IMG/VR virus record: IMGVR_UViG_3300027816_000052
Span: 186,001 to 250,000 of that record
Direction: 5' to 3' (one strand)
DNA: 64,000 nt
The notes beneath the pieces were generated by a model. The model made no database searches and had not been told where the DNA came from. It saw nothing but the letters and a program-made list of their open reading frames with translations. The translations under genes and the position numbers were made by a program. Of the stretch, positions 19,219 to 29,362 are shown one piece after another; within the stretch, counting starts at the first letter, position 1, and the number at the start of each line of letters is the position of its first letter.

Positions 19219-21546
19219 ATGAATATTTCAATAGAAAAATTAGATAACCCCTATGTACAGATTGTTTGGGAGGATTCACCAGAAAATTTCACGCAGGAAA
19301 GAATTAAGCGTGTCAAAACATATTTTTCAAAGAAGTATAATACCTCTAATGTTAACATTGTTTTAAAAACAATCCTTGAGAAAGAAGAAGAGGATACAAC
19401 TGTTGACACCTCTTTTAACATTCTAGATAAAAATTATCAACTTGATGTTGTTAAAAATTATTTAACTCAAAAAGGTCTTGAGAATTCTTATGAGGATGTT
19501 GTTGGAATAAACAACATTGTTGAAAATAATTTGGTATTAAGTAACCCAGATATTTCACCATTTAAAAAATGGTATATCAAAAAAATTGAATTTTCAAATT
19601 TTTTATCGTATGGTGAGGACCAAGTTTTGGATTATGAAACATTAAGAGGTATTAGTGTTATTGAGTCGAATCCAAAAAATTTCGGGGGTAAAACAATTTT
19701 AGGGCTGGAATTACTTTTATATCTATTTTTTAACTCAACATCTAGAACTTCAAAAGCTGAAGATATCTTTAATAAATTCTCAGATAAGAATAAGGTCACT
19801 GTAAAGGGAACTATTAATATTGATGGTGAAGATTATGTGATTATTAGAACCGCAGAAAGAAAATTAAATAAAACAGGTGAGTGGAATGTAAAAACCGAAC
19901 TTGATTTTTTTAAAGTTCTTCCAGATGGTGAGCTTCAAAATTTCACAGGAGAACAAAGAAGAGAGACTGAGAAATTTATAAAAACATCAATTGGTGAACA
20001 AGAAGATTTCTTAATGACTATTCTAACAACATCTTCCAATCTAGAAGAACTCTTAGAAGCAAAACCCACCGCTAGAGGTCAAGTTTTAAGTAGATTCCTT
20101 GGGTTAGATGTTCTTAAGAAGAAAGAAGAAATAGCTAAAGAGCTTTACTCGAATTATTCAAAAGGAATGCTTTCAAATGTGTTTAATGTTGAGCAATTAA
20201 AAAATGACAATATTGAACATGAAAAAATGATTGGTATTTTAAACGATTCTAATAAAGAACTTGATGTTAAATTAAATGAGGTTATCGAGAAGATTAAAAT
20301 CGGTGAAAAATACCGCGAAGATTTATTAAAAACAAAACATTCTGATATTGACAAAGATTTGATTATCTTTGAACCCGAAAAAGCTAAAAACGACATTATA
20401 AAGATAACCAAAGAAAAGACTGATTATCAAAAAGAATTATCCGTCCTTAAAGTAGTTGAACCATCGGAATTTTATCATGAGGATAAACATGATGAAGTTA
20501 AAGAAAAAATCACAACTAGAAAAAGTGAAGTTGCTGTTATAGGTAGTCAATTACGAGAAATTGATTCATTAATGTCTAAGTACTCAAATGGGATAAAATG
20601 TGAGCACTGCGGAATTGAATTAATAAATGCAACATATACGCAGGAAAAAATTTCTAGAAAAAATGATTTAACCGACAAATTAAATTTAATTAATAATGAA
20701 CTAAATTCATTATCTGTTAGTGAACAAAGTTTTACTAAATTAAAGAAAGAATTTGATGAATATGAAAAAGCAAAATTAATTAAGGAGAAATTTGAAGTTA
20801 GTATTGATGCTTGCGATATTAAAATAAACTCTATTGAGGAAAAAATTAATCGATATAATGATGCACAAAGTAAAATTGCAGATAATCAAAAGATTGATGG
20901 TCTGCTAATAAAAGCAAAAGTTAGGATTGATGAATTAAATTCGGATAAAGATAGGGTAAACAAAGAAATTAATAACAACAATTTCCAGATTAAATCTTAT
21001 CATCAGAAAATAGATGAGAACAATAAGAGAATTATTAAAATTGCTGAAGAATTTGAAAAAGAGAAAATATATAAAATATATCTTGATATTTACGGTAAAA
21101 ATGGAATTTCAAAAATTATAATGAAATCTATGATTCCATTAATTAATTCTGAACTCCAAAGACTTCTTGAGGATTCCGCATTATTTACTCTTCAAATTAA
21201 AATAAATGATAAAAATGAAGTTGAGTTCTGGATGACGGATAACTCAAGCGGAATTGAAAAACTTATGGTCACAGGTTCTGGTTATGAAAGAACAATTGCA
21301 AGTCTAGCCCTTAGGTCCGTTCTGTCAAAAGTTTGTTCATTACCGAAACCGAATATTATAGTATTCGATGAGATTTTTGGTAAAGTATCTGATGATAATT
21401 TAGAAATGGTTGGAGAGTTCTTCAAGAAAATAAAGGAGTATTTTGACAAAATCTTAATTATTACACATAATCCATTAGTATCAAATTGGGCTGATAGTAT
21501 AATTAAAATTAAGAAAGAAAATAACATTAGTAAGATTGTTAATTAA
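19219..21546 (+). CDS. sbcC: Rad50/SbcC-like (T4 gp46-like) SMC ATPase
   Basis: NFLSY, GGKT Walker A, CEHC zinc hook in a coiled coil, GSGYE signature, IIVFDE Walker B and ITHN H-loop. Confidence 0.9.
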   Translation: MNISIEKLDNPYVQIVWEDSPENFTQERIKRVKTYFSKKYNTSNVNIVLKTILEKEEEDTTVDTSFNILDKNYQLDVVKNYLTQKGLENSYEDVVGINNIVENNLVLSNPDISPFKKWYIKKIEFSNFLSYGEDQVLDYETLRGISVIESNPKNFGGKTILGLELLLYLFFNSTSRTSKAEDIFNKFSDKNKVTVKGTINIDGEDYVIIRTAERKLNKTGEWNVKTELDFFKVLPDGELQNFTGEQRRETEKFIKTSIGEQEDFLMTILTTSSNLEELLEAKPTARGQVLSRFLGLDVLKKKEEIAKELYSNYSKGMLSNVFNVEQLKNDNIEHEKMIGILNDSNKELDVKLNEVIEKIKIGEKYREDLLKTKHSDIDKDLIIFEPEKAKNDIIKITKEKTDYQKELSVLKVVEPSEFYHEDKHDEVKEKITTRKSEVAVIGSQLREIDSLMSKYSNGIKCEHCGIELINATYTQEKISRKNDLTDKLNLINNELNSLSVSEQSFTKLKKEFDEYEKAKLIKEKFEVSIDACDIKINSIEEKINRYNDAQSKIADNQKIDGLLIKAKVRIDELNSDKDRVNKEINNNNFQIKSYHQKIDENNKRIIKIAEEFEKEKIYKIYLDIYGKNGISKIIMKSMIPLINSELQRLLEDSALFTLQIKINDKNEVEFWMTDNSSGIEKLMVTGSGYERTIASLALRSVLSKVCSLPKPNIIVFDEIFGKVSDDNLEMVGEFFKKIKEYFDKILIITHNPLVSNWADSIIKIKKENNISKIVN

Positions 21547-21944
21547 AATTTAGCATCAAATGGATTTGTTAAATCACCAGTTTTAAATGCAACACCGCCC
21601 ACATAATTATTTTCTTTAATTTGGCTGGCAAAATATTCCATCATTTTCATGGCAACATTACGATCAAATTCTTTATCGTCAGTTTCAGGAACAAATAAAT
21701 CAACATATATCGAGCCTCTAGCTCTTCTATGTGGCTTACCATCTGAATCAATATCATCAATGACAGCTTCATCAAATTCATCATTAGAATCTATTAATTG
21801 CTTTAATTTATTAATTAATTCTTGTCTTGGATTATAGTCATCAATCTCTTCATCATTAAACTCATCATTATCAGATTGCTCTAATAAAAATTTTTTTAAT
21901 TCAGTAATTAATTCAGATTCGGTTAATTTAATTTTTTTAGACAT
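21543..21944 (-). CDS. Hypothetical late protein with an N-terminal KLTESEL...LLEQ motif
   Basis: Acidic 133-aa ORF; GATATTTAT lies upstream on the minus strand. Confidence 0.7.
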   Translation of the reverse strand: MSKKIKLTESELITELKKFLLEQSDNDEFNDEEIDDYNPRQELINKLKQLIDSNDEFDEAVIDDIDSDGKPHRRARGSIYVDLFVPETDDKEFDRNVAMKMMEYFASQIKENNYVGGVAFKTGDLTNPFDAKF

Positions 21945-21983
21945 ATTAAATAGTTTTAAACATAAATATCAGAAAAAAATAAA

Positions 21984-22547
21984 ATGGAAACATACTTATT
22001 GTTTATTTATTCGGATTTTAAAGATAACGAAAATAAAATTACTTTAATTACCGAATGTCTTTCACCGATTGTTGTTTCACCAAAATTAAAATTTAATTAT
22101 GGTGATAATTCTATGATTATAAATTTTAAAACTGATTTAGAATTTAATGAATTAAAGGATTATGTTTCTGAAGTTCTCGCATTATTAGTAAATCAATATT
22201 TTTTATTAAATTATTCTGACAAGTTGTCAGTAAATATGCCAAAAAATTTATATAATCATTTATTTGATTTAGAGAACGAAACAGAAAATGTTGATTTGGA
22301 CACTAGAAATTTTATTCCAGAAAAAAAAGGAGTTGGACCAAATTTTTCTATTTTTGAAGGGGAAATTTCATTACCTTTGCCGATAAGCGGCACAACTTTT
22401 GGTGTCACAATTTTTACACCACAAGACAATACCGAAAGTCAAAAAATAAATTATACAATTGATGACATTTTAGATAAGATAAATAAAACTGGTTATGAAT
22501 CATTAACCGAAGAAGAAAAAAATTTTTTAAAAAACTCAAAATATTAA
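21984..22547 (+). CDS. Hypothetical protein with a C-terminal DUF6576-like domain
   Basis: IDDILDKINKTGYESLTEEEKNFLK. Confidence 0.6.
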   Translation: METYLLFIYSDFKDNENKITLITECLSPIVVSPKLKFNYGDNSMIINFKTDLEFNELKDYVSEVLALLVNQYFLLNYSDKLSVNMPKNLYNHLFDLENETENVDLDTRNFIPEKKGVGPNFSIFEGEISLPLPISGTTFGVTIFTPQDNTESQKINYTIDDILDKINKTGYESLTEEEKNFLKNSKY

Positions 22548-22551
22548 TAAA

Positions 22552-23352
22552 ATGAAAGACAAAAACACTACAGTTTCAATTAACCAAGAAGAAATTTATG
22601 GGTACTTAAAAGATATCCGTAAATTTAAAGTAATGACTCCTGAAAGGGAAAGAGAGCTTTCTGAAGTAATGAATAGCGGCATCGCAAATAAAGAGCAGAT
22701 AGATGATATTAAAAAAGAACTCCTTGAGGGTAACTTACGGTTTGTCATTAGTGTGGCAAAACAATATCAAAATCAAGGACTGGAATTGGGTGACTTAATT
22801 GCTGAAGGTAATTTGGGTTTGATTAAGGCAATTGATAGCTTTGATTGGACCAAAAAATTAAGATTTATTTCATATGCTGTTTGGTGGATTAGACAATCAG
22901 TAATTCAATCATTAAATGAAAAATCTAGATCAATTAGAATTCCTGTAAACGTAATTCAAGATTTACAAAAGGAAAAGAAAAAGTCTGAAAAAACTGGTGA
23001 TAACCTGTCAGATAGATTTTCTTCATTACCGTCAATTGTTAAATTAGATATGAATATTAATGAAGATGGTGATTCATTGATTGATGTAATTGTAAACCCA
23101 AATGCGTTATCACCCGACTCAGGGTTCTCAACTCAGGACACATTAAAACAAAAATTATTTGATGTTATGAATATTCTTGATGAGAGGGAGAAAGTTATTA
23201 TTGATGATTATTTTGGTTTAAGTGGATCAACAAGAACACTTGAGGAAATTGGAAATGATTTTAATCTTACCAAAGAACGTATTCGTCAAATAAAAGAAAG
23301 AGCATTGAGAAAGCTTAGAAACCAATCATCAGAGTTATTTGAATATATGTGA
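22552..23352 (+). CDS. rpoD: Sigma-70 factor of the Bacteroidota primary-sigma type (no region 1.1)
   Basis: YLKDI, NLRFVISVAKQYQNQG, EGNLGLIKA, FISYAVWWIRQS and TLEEIG...LTKERIRQIKERALRKLR. Confidence 0.92.
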   Translation: MKDKNTTVSINQEEIYGYLKDIRKFKVMTPERERELSEVMNSGIANKEQIDDIKKELLEGNLRFVISVAKQYQNQGLELGDLIAEGNLGLIKAIDSFDWTKKLRFISYAVWWIRQSVIQSLNEKSRSIRIPVNVIQDLQKEKKKSEKTGDNLSDRFSSLPSIVKLDMNINEDGDSLIDVIVNPNALSPDSGFSTQDTLKQKLFDVMNILDEREKVIIDDYFGLSGSTRTLEEIGNDFNLTKERIRQIKERALRKLRNQSSELFEYM

Positions 23353-23378
23353 TATTTATTAAAAAAAACAAAAAAAAA

Positions 23379-23657
23379 ATGAAAATAATTGAAAAATATT
23401 TTAATATTATTGTTCTGGTATTTCTATTTTTAATCTTCTTTAGAAGCTGTGGTGCTGGTAGCGAAATTTCTAGAGTTAATAAAAAAATAACGATAATTGA
23501 GAATAAAATAGATTCTTTGGAAAAAAGAACAATCACTGAAAAAACATTAAATAAAAACCTACAAAATAATATGTGGGATTTTCTTGAATTGGAGGAATTG
23601 AGCGATAAAAATAAAATACCCATTAATCAATTAAAAAATGAAAGACATAAAAAATAA
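23379..23657 (+). CDS. Membrane-anchored coiled-coil protein (possible spanin/lipoprotein)
   Basis: N-terminal hydrophobic helix ending FRSC, followed by a coiled coil. Confidence 0.45.
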   Translation: MKIIEKYFNIIVLVFLFLIFFRSCGAGSEISRVNKKITIIENKIDSLEKRTITEKTLNKNLQNNMWDFLELEELSDKNKIPINQLKNERHKK

Positions 23658-24069
23658 TGTTTGGATTCCAAATGTTGGTGAGGGAATATTCATAATCGAA
23701 ACAAATGAATGGTATATTGTAAAAAGATTATTAACATTAAATTCTTGGCCCATATATACACCATCATTAGAAGATGAAGATAACGCCATAATTGGTGTTG
23801 AAGTGATCAATAATGCTGGTCGTAAATTAAAATATAGGTTAGATGAAATAAGACAAGAAACATTTTGTCAGTACTTAAAAAGACCGACAGGTGTTGGAAG
23901 AACACCTTGGACAAAAGTAATTATTATGTCCATGATAATGATTTTTGGTCATATCACATCTATTATTACTTGGAATGAGAATGGTTGGGTTGGAACATTG
24001 TTATTAATTATCACTTTAATTGTTTGGTTCTATTCGACATGGCGCAATTATAAAAATATAAATCAATGA
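23638..24069 (+). CDS. Hypothetical protein with two C-terminal TM segments
   Basis: ORF track; hydrophobic C-terminus. Confidence 0.55.
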   Translation: MKDIKNNVWIPNVGEGIFIIETNEWYIVKRLLTLNSWPIYTPSLEDEDNAIIGVEVINNAGRKLKYRLDEIRQETFCQYLKRPTGVGRTPWTKVIIMSMIMIFGHITSIITWNENGWVGTLLLIITLIVWFYSTWRNYKNINQ

Positions 24070-24070
24070 C

Positions 24071-24811
24071 ATGAAAAATTGGATACAAAATAACTTGAAA
24101 AACATAATAGTAACTTGCTTTATAATACCAATTTTATTGGTTGCATTTGTTTCTATTTCTCATGTAACAACTATGTATGAATTATCAAATCCAATTGTTT
24201 GGTCTATCTATTTATCAATAGCAATTGAAATCGCTGCACTATCTGCATTAGCCGCAGTTTCTGTTAAAATGGGTAGATTTATTTATATACCATTTATAAT
24301 CGTAACAATAATCCAATTTCTAGGTAATCTTTTTTTTGCCTACTCATTTATTGATGAAACATCAGTTGCATTTAAAAATTGGGTTGAATTAATTGGCCCT
24401 TTATTTGAACCTATGGGAATTGAGTTGTTAGATATACCATCTCAGAAAAGAATATTAGCTTTCTTTACCGGTGGGTTATTACCATTTATTTCATTGACTT
24501 TTGCACACATGCTGGTTGTTTTTACTGAAAAACAAAAAGAAGATAAAGAAGTTAAAACTAATGATATTAATACCAAATCAATCCAACAAGATACGCAAGA
24601 TATTGAGGAATTGAGTAAAAAGTTATCAAAGTGGGAGAACGAACAACTCCCAGAAGAAAAACCGATTAACCCAACAGAAGAAGAAATTAAAAAAATGGAG
24701 GAAATTTTATTAAAAAAACAATCAATCACAGAAGATTCAGTCATTGATGAAACTCAAAATCAAACAGAACCAACAATAAAAAAATTAGTCTACACCAAAA
24801 ATGGTGAATAA
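24071..24811 (+). CDS. Multi-pass membrane protein with an acidic tail
   Basis: About four hydrophobic segments; lies immediately before the amidase-like gene. Confidence 0.65.
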   Translation: MKNWIQNNLKNIIVTCFIIPILLVAFVSISHVTTMYELSNPIVWSIYLSIAIEIAALSALAAVSVKMGRFIYIPFIIVTIIQFLGNLFFAYSFIDETSVAFKNWVELIGPLFEPMGIELLDIPSQKRILAFFTGGLLPFISLTFAHMLVVFTEKQKEDKEVKTNDINTKSIQQDTQDIEELSKKLSKWENEQLPEEKPINPTEEEIKKMEEILLKKQSITEDSVIDETQNQTEPTIKKLVYTKNGE

Positions 24812-25397
24812 TGAGTTTAAATTAACAACAGATATCTTTGAGAAAAATGAAAGTAAAAAACAAATATTACTTTCAAACTCCTTTAGATATTTTGATGATT
24901 TCAAAAATCAACTAATTTATAGATTTAACGGTAAAAGCAAAAAAATACCTCACTATTTTATAAAGAAAAATGGTGAGATTTTTTGTTTTATAAGCCCAGA
25001 GTGTATTTCTGAATATTTTTTATCAAGTAATAAAAATGATTTAATACATATATGTTTAGAAAATATTGGTTGGGTTGAGAAAGTTCCTATGAAAGATTAT
25101 TATTCAAATTGGTTGGGAATTATTAAAAAACAAGATATTTATGAGAAGAAGTGGAGAGATTATTTTTTTTGGGATACTTATACCGACGAACAAATAAACT
25201 CATTAATTGAATTATGTAAAAATATAACAATGGAAATGTCAATGAAATATAAATTTATTGGACATAATACAAAATCTGTTTCAGTTGAAACTTACGAAGG
25301 AATTACTTGTAGGAGTAATTATAACTCATTTTATACCGATTTAAACCCATCGTTTCCCTTCTCAACCTTTATTAAAAAATTAGAATATGAAAAATAA
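24801..25397 (+). CDS. N-acetylmuramoyl-L-alanine amidase (Amidase_2)-like protein, possibly inactive
   Basis: PHYFIKKNGEI, ICLEN, YTDEQINSL, IGHN and DLNP. The first Zn-binding His appears to be absent. Confidence 0.65.
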   Translation: MVNNEFKLTTDIFEKNESKKQILLSNSFRYFDDFKNQLIYRFNGKSKKIPHYFIKKNGEIFCFISPECISEYFLSSNKNDLIHICLENIGWVEKVPMKDYYSNWLGIIKKQDIYEKKWRDYFFWDTYTDEQINSLIELCKNITMEMSMKYKFIGHNTKSVSVETYEGITCRSNYNSFYTDLNPSFPFSTFIKKLEYEK

Positions 25398-25971
25398 TTA
25401 CGACGAAATAAAAGAATTACTTAAAAAATCTAGATCATTACAGAAAAATGATTTGGTAATGGAAGATATTAAAAAAATTTGGAATAATGCTTCTTTAATT
25501 TCTGAACAAGAAAGAATTAATATGGCTAAAGAAATTGAAAAAGATATCGAAGATGATGAATTACGTGATGAAGTCACACCTAAGGATAAACAACAGAAAT
25601 ATAGAGTTTCTGGTGGGTTTATTGTTGTTCATGGTAAAACAAATTCCGATTTACAGTTAACTATCGATGAAAAAGCTGCATTTCAAGATACAATGAATGA
25701 ATTCATAGAGGAAGTTTCAAATCTAGTTGAATTTTATCCTCTTAATTTATACTCTAGCGATGTTGAATGGTCAGGTAAAATAATTGATATGGATTTAGAA
25801 TTTATTTTTTCTGTCGGTGAAACAAACGGGATTTATGTAAATGGCACTATGAATAAAGTAGATGAAGAATATTTGGCATTTATCGATAAACTTCAAAAAT
25901 TTTATGATAAATTTAAAGTTAGATGGGGTAAAATAATTACAATAAGAAAAAAAACTGAACCTTTAAAATAA
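25387..25971 (+). CDS. Hypothetical protein
   Basis: 194-aa ORF in the operon. Confidence 0.65.
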   Translation: MKNNYDEIKELLKKSRSLQKNDLVMEDIKKIWNNASLISEQERINMAKEIEKDIEDDELRDEVTPKDKQQKYRVSGGFIVVHGKTNSDLQLTIDEKAAFQDTMNEFIEEVSNLVEFYPLNLYSSDVEWSGKIIDMDLEFIFSVGETNGIYVNGTMNKVDEEYLAFIDKLQKFYDKFKVRWGKIITIRKKTEPLK

Positions 25972-25977
25972 TATCAC

Positions 25978-26223
25978 ATGGCACTAACCGATACCGATAA
26001 AAGAGATATTGAAGTAATGATTAGAAAAGAAATTAAAGATTTCTTAAATTCTAACACACTAAATCAGTTTGAGGATAAAATGATTGATGTGATTAGAAAA
26101 GAAATTTCTAGAGGTAAGATTGAAAGCGATGTTAAGGACATTGTTGTAAGAATGTTACGTGAATTTTATGGATTCATGTATACCCAGAGATCTTACTGGG
26201 AATCAAGAATAAAATCAGCATAA
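25978..26223 (+). CDS. Hypothetical protein
   Basis: 81-aa ORF in the operon. Confidence 0.65.
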   Translation: MALTDTDKRDIEVMIRKEIKDFLNSNTLNQFEDKMIDVIRKEISRGKIESDVKDIVVRMLREFYGFMYTQRSYWESRIKSA

Positions 26224-26227
26224 TATA

Positions 26228-26998
26228 ATGGCAAACATTAAAGATACAATAGATAGCGCATTTTCACAAGCAGCAGCACAAAGTGATGTTTCTAGAGGTG
26301 AAATGGCAATAAAAGCATCAGATTTAAAAAATCAGATGAAAGTTAATGCTAACGAAGAAAAAAATAAAAAAACTAAAAAACGAATAACAAAAGAAGCGAC
26401 AACATCGGGGTCATCTGGTGCATATATTCAGTCACTTTCTAATGGTGAAACCAAAGAAGAGACCCTTAAAGGTGGTATGGCAGATAATAAAACGTTAAAT
26501 CAATTAGCAAAAAAACATAATGTTAAAAAAACGACATTAGAAAAACAATTAAAGAAAGGTATGAATGTTGAAAAAGAACATGTTAGTAAAACTGGTTCTA
26601 GAAAAGAAATTGCTATGGATCATCTTACCGAAGATCCAAAATATTACGATAAATTAGAAAAACTGGAAAAAAAAGGAAAGAAAACCGAAACAAAAGAAGC
26701 TACTGGCGCATCATCTGCTGGTCAGTATTCGGGTCCAGCATTCTTAGCTAAAAGCATGAATAAAAAAGATTGGAGAGGAGCCTCTAAAACACAGTACCCC
26801 GGTGGTAAATTTGTTGAAGTTAAGAAAAAATGTAAGACCTTTCCATACTGCAATCAAGGCAACATTAAGTCGTTGAAGTTATTTGAAAATGAACAACTTA
26901 ATAATATTATTAAAAAGATTTCTGAAAAACATAATATATCTGAAAATATAATTAAAAATATTCTCATTTATGAAATGCAAAAAAAAGGAATAATTTAA
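26228..26998 (+). CDS. Hypothetical protein with an internal DUF5661-like module
   Basis: KGMNVEKEH...EIAMDHLTEDPKYYDKL and duplicated KEATT/KEATG motifs. Confidence 0.55.
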   Translation: MANIKDTIDSAFSQAAAQSDVSRGEMAIKASDLKNQMKVNANEEKNKKTKKRITKEATTSGSSGAYIQSLSNGETKEETLKGGMADNKTLNQLAKKHNVKKTTLEKQLKKGMNVEKEHVSKTGSRKEIAMDHLTEDPKYYDKLEKLEKKGKKTETKEATGASSAGQYSGPAFLAKSMNKKDWRGASKTQYPGGKFVEVKKKCKTFPYCNQGNIKSLKLFENEQLNNIIKKISEKHNISENIIKNILIYEMQKKGII

Positions 26999-27006
26999 AA
27001 TATAAC

Positions 27007-27015
27007 GATATTTAT
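27007..27015 (+). promoter_or_regulatory. Putative phage late-promoter motif GATATTTAT (representative copy)
   Basis: Also at 23351 and 49949 (+) and at 21962, 36673 and 41524 (-), each shortly upstream of a start codon. Confidence 0.55.
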
Positions 27016-27029
27016 AATTAAAAATAAAA

Positions 27030-28421
27030 ATGGAGAACGAAAAAAAATATATCACATCCTTAATAAATCAAGTTCTTGAAGAATCCATCCAAGAAAAAGC
27101 TGAATCAATTGTTAAAAAATTAAAAACAGATATGGGTAAAGAGGTTGAAGAAGGTAATGCGTTTACTGGAGCACTAGCCACCGCAAGAAAAGAAAATAAA
27201 AAAGAATTTCAAGTTGACGGTAAAAAATTTAAAGTTGAAGAATATTCCGAATTAGATGAGAAGTGGAAAGGTGATGTTGATGTTGAACAGACGGGTGAAT
27301 ATGTCGATATGTCAATTTCTGAACTTGATGCTGCAATTAAGAAGTTAAAAAATCAAAATGAAAAATATAAAGAAGAAGGTAAAAAAGTTCCTGATTCAAA
27401 CAAAACTAAAATGAGTCAGCTTTATTTTGCTAAAAGAGCTAAACAAGGTTGGAAAGGTAAAGGAAAAGCTAAAGTTAGTGAATCCATTGAAATAATTAAT
27501 GAAATTTCTAAAGAAAAGGAATATAATAATTTAATCAAGTATTTTGAAAAAATTTTAAAGTTCGATATCAGCGAATTAAAAAGCGGTCATAGAATTTGCC
27601 CACCTAAAGAATCAAATGTTGATTGTATCACAACACATAGAAGTGGTGGTGGTTTGAACGATATGTATCGTTTAGTTGGTAAAGTTTATGATGTTACTAG
27701 ACTTGAGGCAGAAAAAGCTTTTAAAGATAATAGAAAACCTAAAAAGAGTGATAAAGTTACAATGACAGAAGAAGAAATGGTCACATTTATCGAAAATATT
27801 GTAAACGAACAAAAATCTGCTAAGGGTTTAGATGTTTATAAAAAATCACATAAAGAGTCTGGTAAAGAAAATGATGACTACATTAAATCGGTCACAAAAA
27901 AGTTTAAAGAATATTTAAAAGACGGTTCAAAAGGTGATTTTGATATGAACCCTAAAACATTTCCAAAAGGAAACGGTCAATTGACTAAAATGACTAAAAA
28001 GGCATATACCCCCTCAAAAGCGGTTGATGAATATATTGAAAACTTTGCACAGACCGCAGGTATGGAGAATATAGACTATGATGAAATTAAACCTAATGAA
28101 GAGTGGGTTGAGATGAACATCAAAGGTTCGTCAAAAACAGGAAATTCGTCAGATTATGCAAATGCTGAAAAAACAGACTTAGGTGAAAAAATAAATGAAA
28201 AGAGAAAAAAGAATTATTTAGCAGCATTAAAGCGACAGTCATATAACAAAGCACCTCAACCGGTAACTGATTTTGCTGGTGAAACTGATGCAAAAAAAGG
28301 AATGGAAGTTAATAAAATCTTTAAAACATTAGAATCAACTGAGGATTCTAAAAAAGATAAAATTAACGAAGAAATGAATAAAATCTTTAAAATGATTAAT
28401 TATAATCAAAAAACACAATAA
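27030..28421 (+). CDS. Large charged late protein (possible head/internal protein)
   Basis: 463 aa, K/E-rich, GATATTTAT upstream. Confidence 0.65.
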   Translation: MENEKKYITSLINQVLEESIQEKAESIVKKLKTDMGKEVEEGNAFTGALATARKENKKEFQVDGKKFKVEEYSELDEKWKGDVDVEQTGEYVDMSISELDAAIKKLKNQNEKYKEEGKKVPDSNKTKMSQLYFAKRAKQGWKGKGKAKVSESIEIINEISKEKEYNNLIKYFEKILKFDISELKSGHRICPPKESNVDCITTHRSGGGLNDMYRLVGKVYDVTRLEAEKAFKDNRKPKKSDKVTMTEEEMVTFIENIVNEQKSAKGLDVYKKSHKESGKENDDYIKSVTKKFKEYLKDGSKGDFDMNPKTFPKGNGQLTKMTKKAYTPSKAVDEYIENFAQTAGMENIDYDEIKPNEEWVEMNIKGSSKTGNSSDYANAEKTDLGEKINEKRKKNYLAALKRQSYNKAPQPVTDFAGETDAKKGMEVNKIFKTLESTEDSKKDKINEEMNKIFKMINYNQKTQ

Positions 28422-28474
28422 AGACTTTAAAACTTTATTAAATTAACTATAAATTCTCCATATGATAAAAACAT

Positions 28475-28951
28475 ATGGAGAATTTTATTAACTGGATATC
28501 TAAACCATTAAATCCTGAGGATATTACTCTTTGGTTTAATATGAATAATATTATTATTGAAAAACTTGATTTGTTTTTCGATTTTACAATTAGTTTAACC
28601 TCTTTAATACAGGAAACGTATTTGGGTAGTTTTGATGAAAAAACCGAAACAACAATTATCTTAAATGATGATGAGAAAATTAAACATTTCGAATGGTGTT
28701 GGAATAAAACTGTTCAAAATTTTAAAAAAGAAAAAATAATCTTTAATTTAACCGGTGAACATAAAGAATATTTTTATAGTTTTTTTATTGACGCATTTTA
28801 TACCCAAAAAAATGAAATAGTTAGAGATTCAATAGATAAATTTTATCATAATATTTTTGATATTAATGCACAATATACAAAATCTGATTTGGATATGTTA
28901 ACCGAATTATATAAAAAATTGGATAAAAACTTAAATATTGTTTACCTTTAA
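28475..28951 (+). CDS. Hypothetical protein
   Basis: 158-aa ORF. Confidence 0.65.
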   Translation: MENFINWISKPLNPEDITLWFNMNNIIIEKLDLFFDFTISLTSLIQETYLGSFDEKTETTIILNDDEKIKHFEWCWNKTVQNFKKEKIIFNLTGEHKEYFYSFFIDAFYTQKNEIVRDSIDKFYHNIFDINAQYTKSDLDMLTELYKKLDKNLNIVYL

Positions 28952-29000
28952 CCTAAAAATCTTATTTTTATATAAATAAACTAAAAAAAGATTAAAAAAA

Positions 29001-29180
29001 ATGGATACTATTGAAATAATTAAGCAATTAGTTGCTGAACTTGAATTGGATACCAATAAATTTTTCCAAAAAGGAAATAACTCTGCGGGTACAAGAGCAA
29101 GAAAAACAGCACAATCAATTAAAGCGACCCTCCAACAACTAAGAGAGGAAATTATTAATCATCGTAAAGCCGAAGCTTGA
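29001..29180 (+). CDS. Histone H1-like nucleoid protein (Hc1 family), missing from the ORF track
   Basis: 59 aa, MDTIEIIKQLVAELELDTNKFFQKGNNSAGTRARKTAQSIK; KGNxxAGTRARK is the Hc1 signature. Confidence 0.8.
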   Translation: MDTIEIIKQLVAELELDTNKFFQKGNNSAGTRARKTAQSIKATLQQLREEIINHRKAEA

Positions 29181-29359
29181 TGATATTTGATGTTGAAAAA
29201 TTCTTATTTGTATTTTCAACATTAGTCCTCATAAGGACAATATTAAACTTTGTGAGTTCCCTACTACAAACTCCACCTAAGAAAATGGATTTTCGTAGTA
29301 GGGAACTTATCTTCATCGGGACTTGCATTAGTTATTTCATAACCTATATAACATCATAA
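29177..29359 (+). CDS. Small membrane protein
   Basis: Two hydrophobic segments. Confidence 0.55.
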   Translation: MMIFDVEKFLFVFSTLVLIRTILNFVSSLLQTPPKKMDFRSRELIFIGTCISYFITYITS

Positions 29360-29362
29360 AAT

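Noticed and set aside
13149-21546. Inteins or group I introns in the replication genes
   Set aside because: Protein lengths are normal, the frames are continuous, and there are no C/S...HN splice motifs or LAGLIDADG/HNH inserts.
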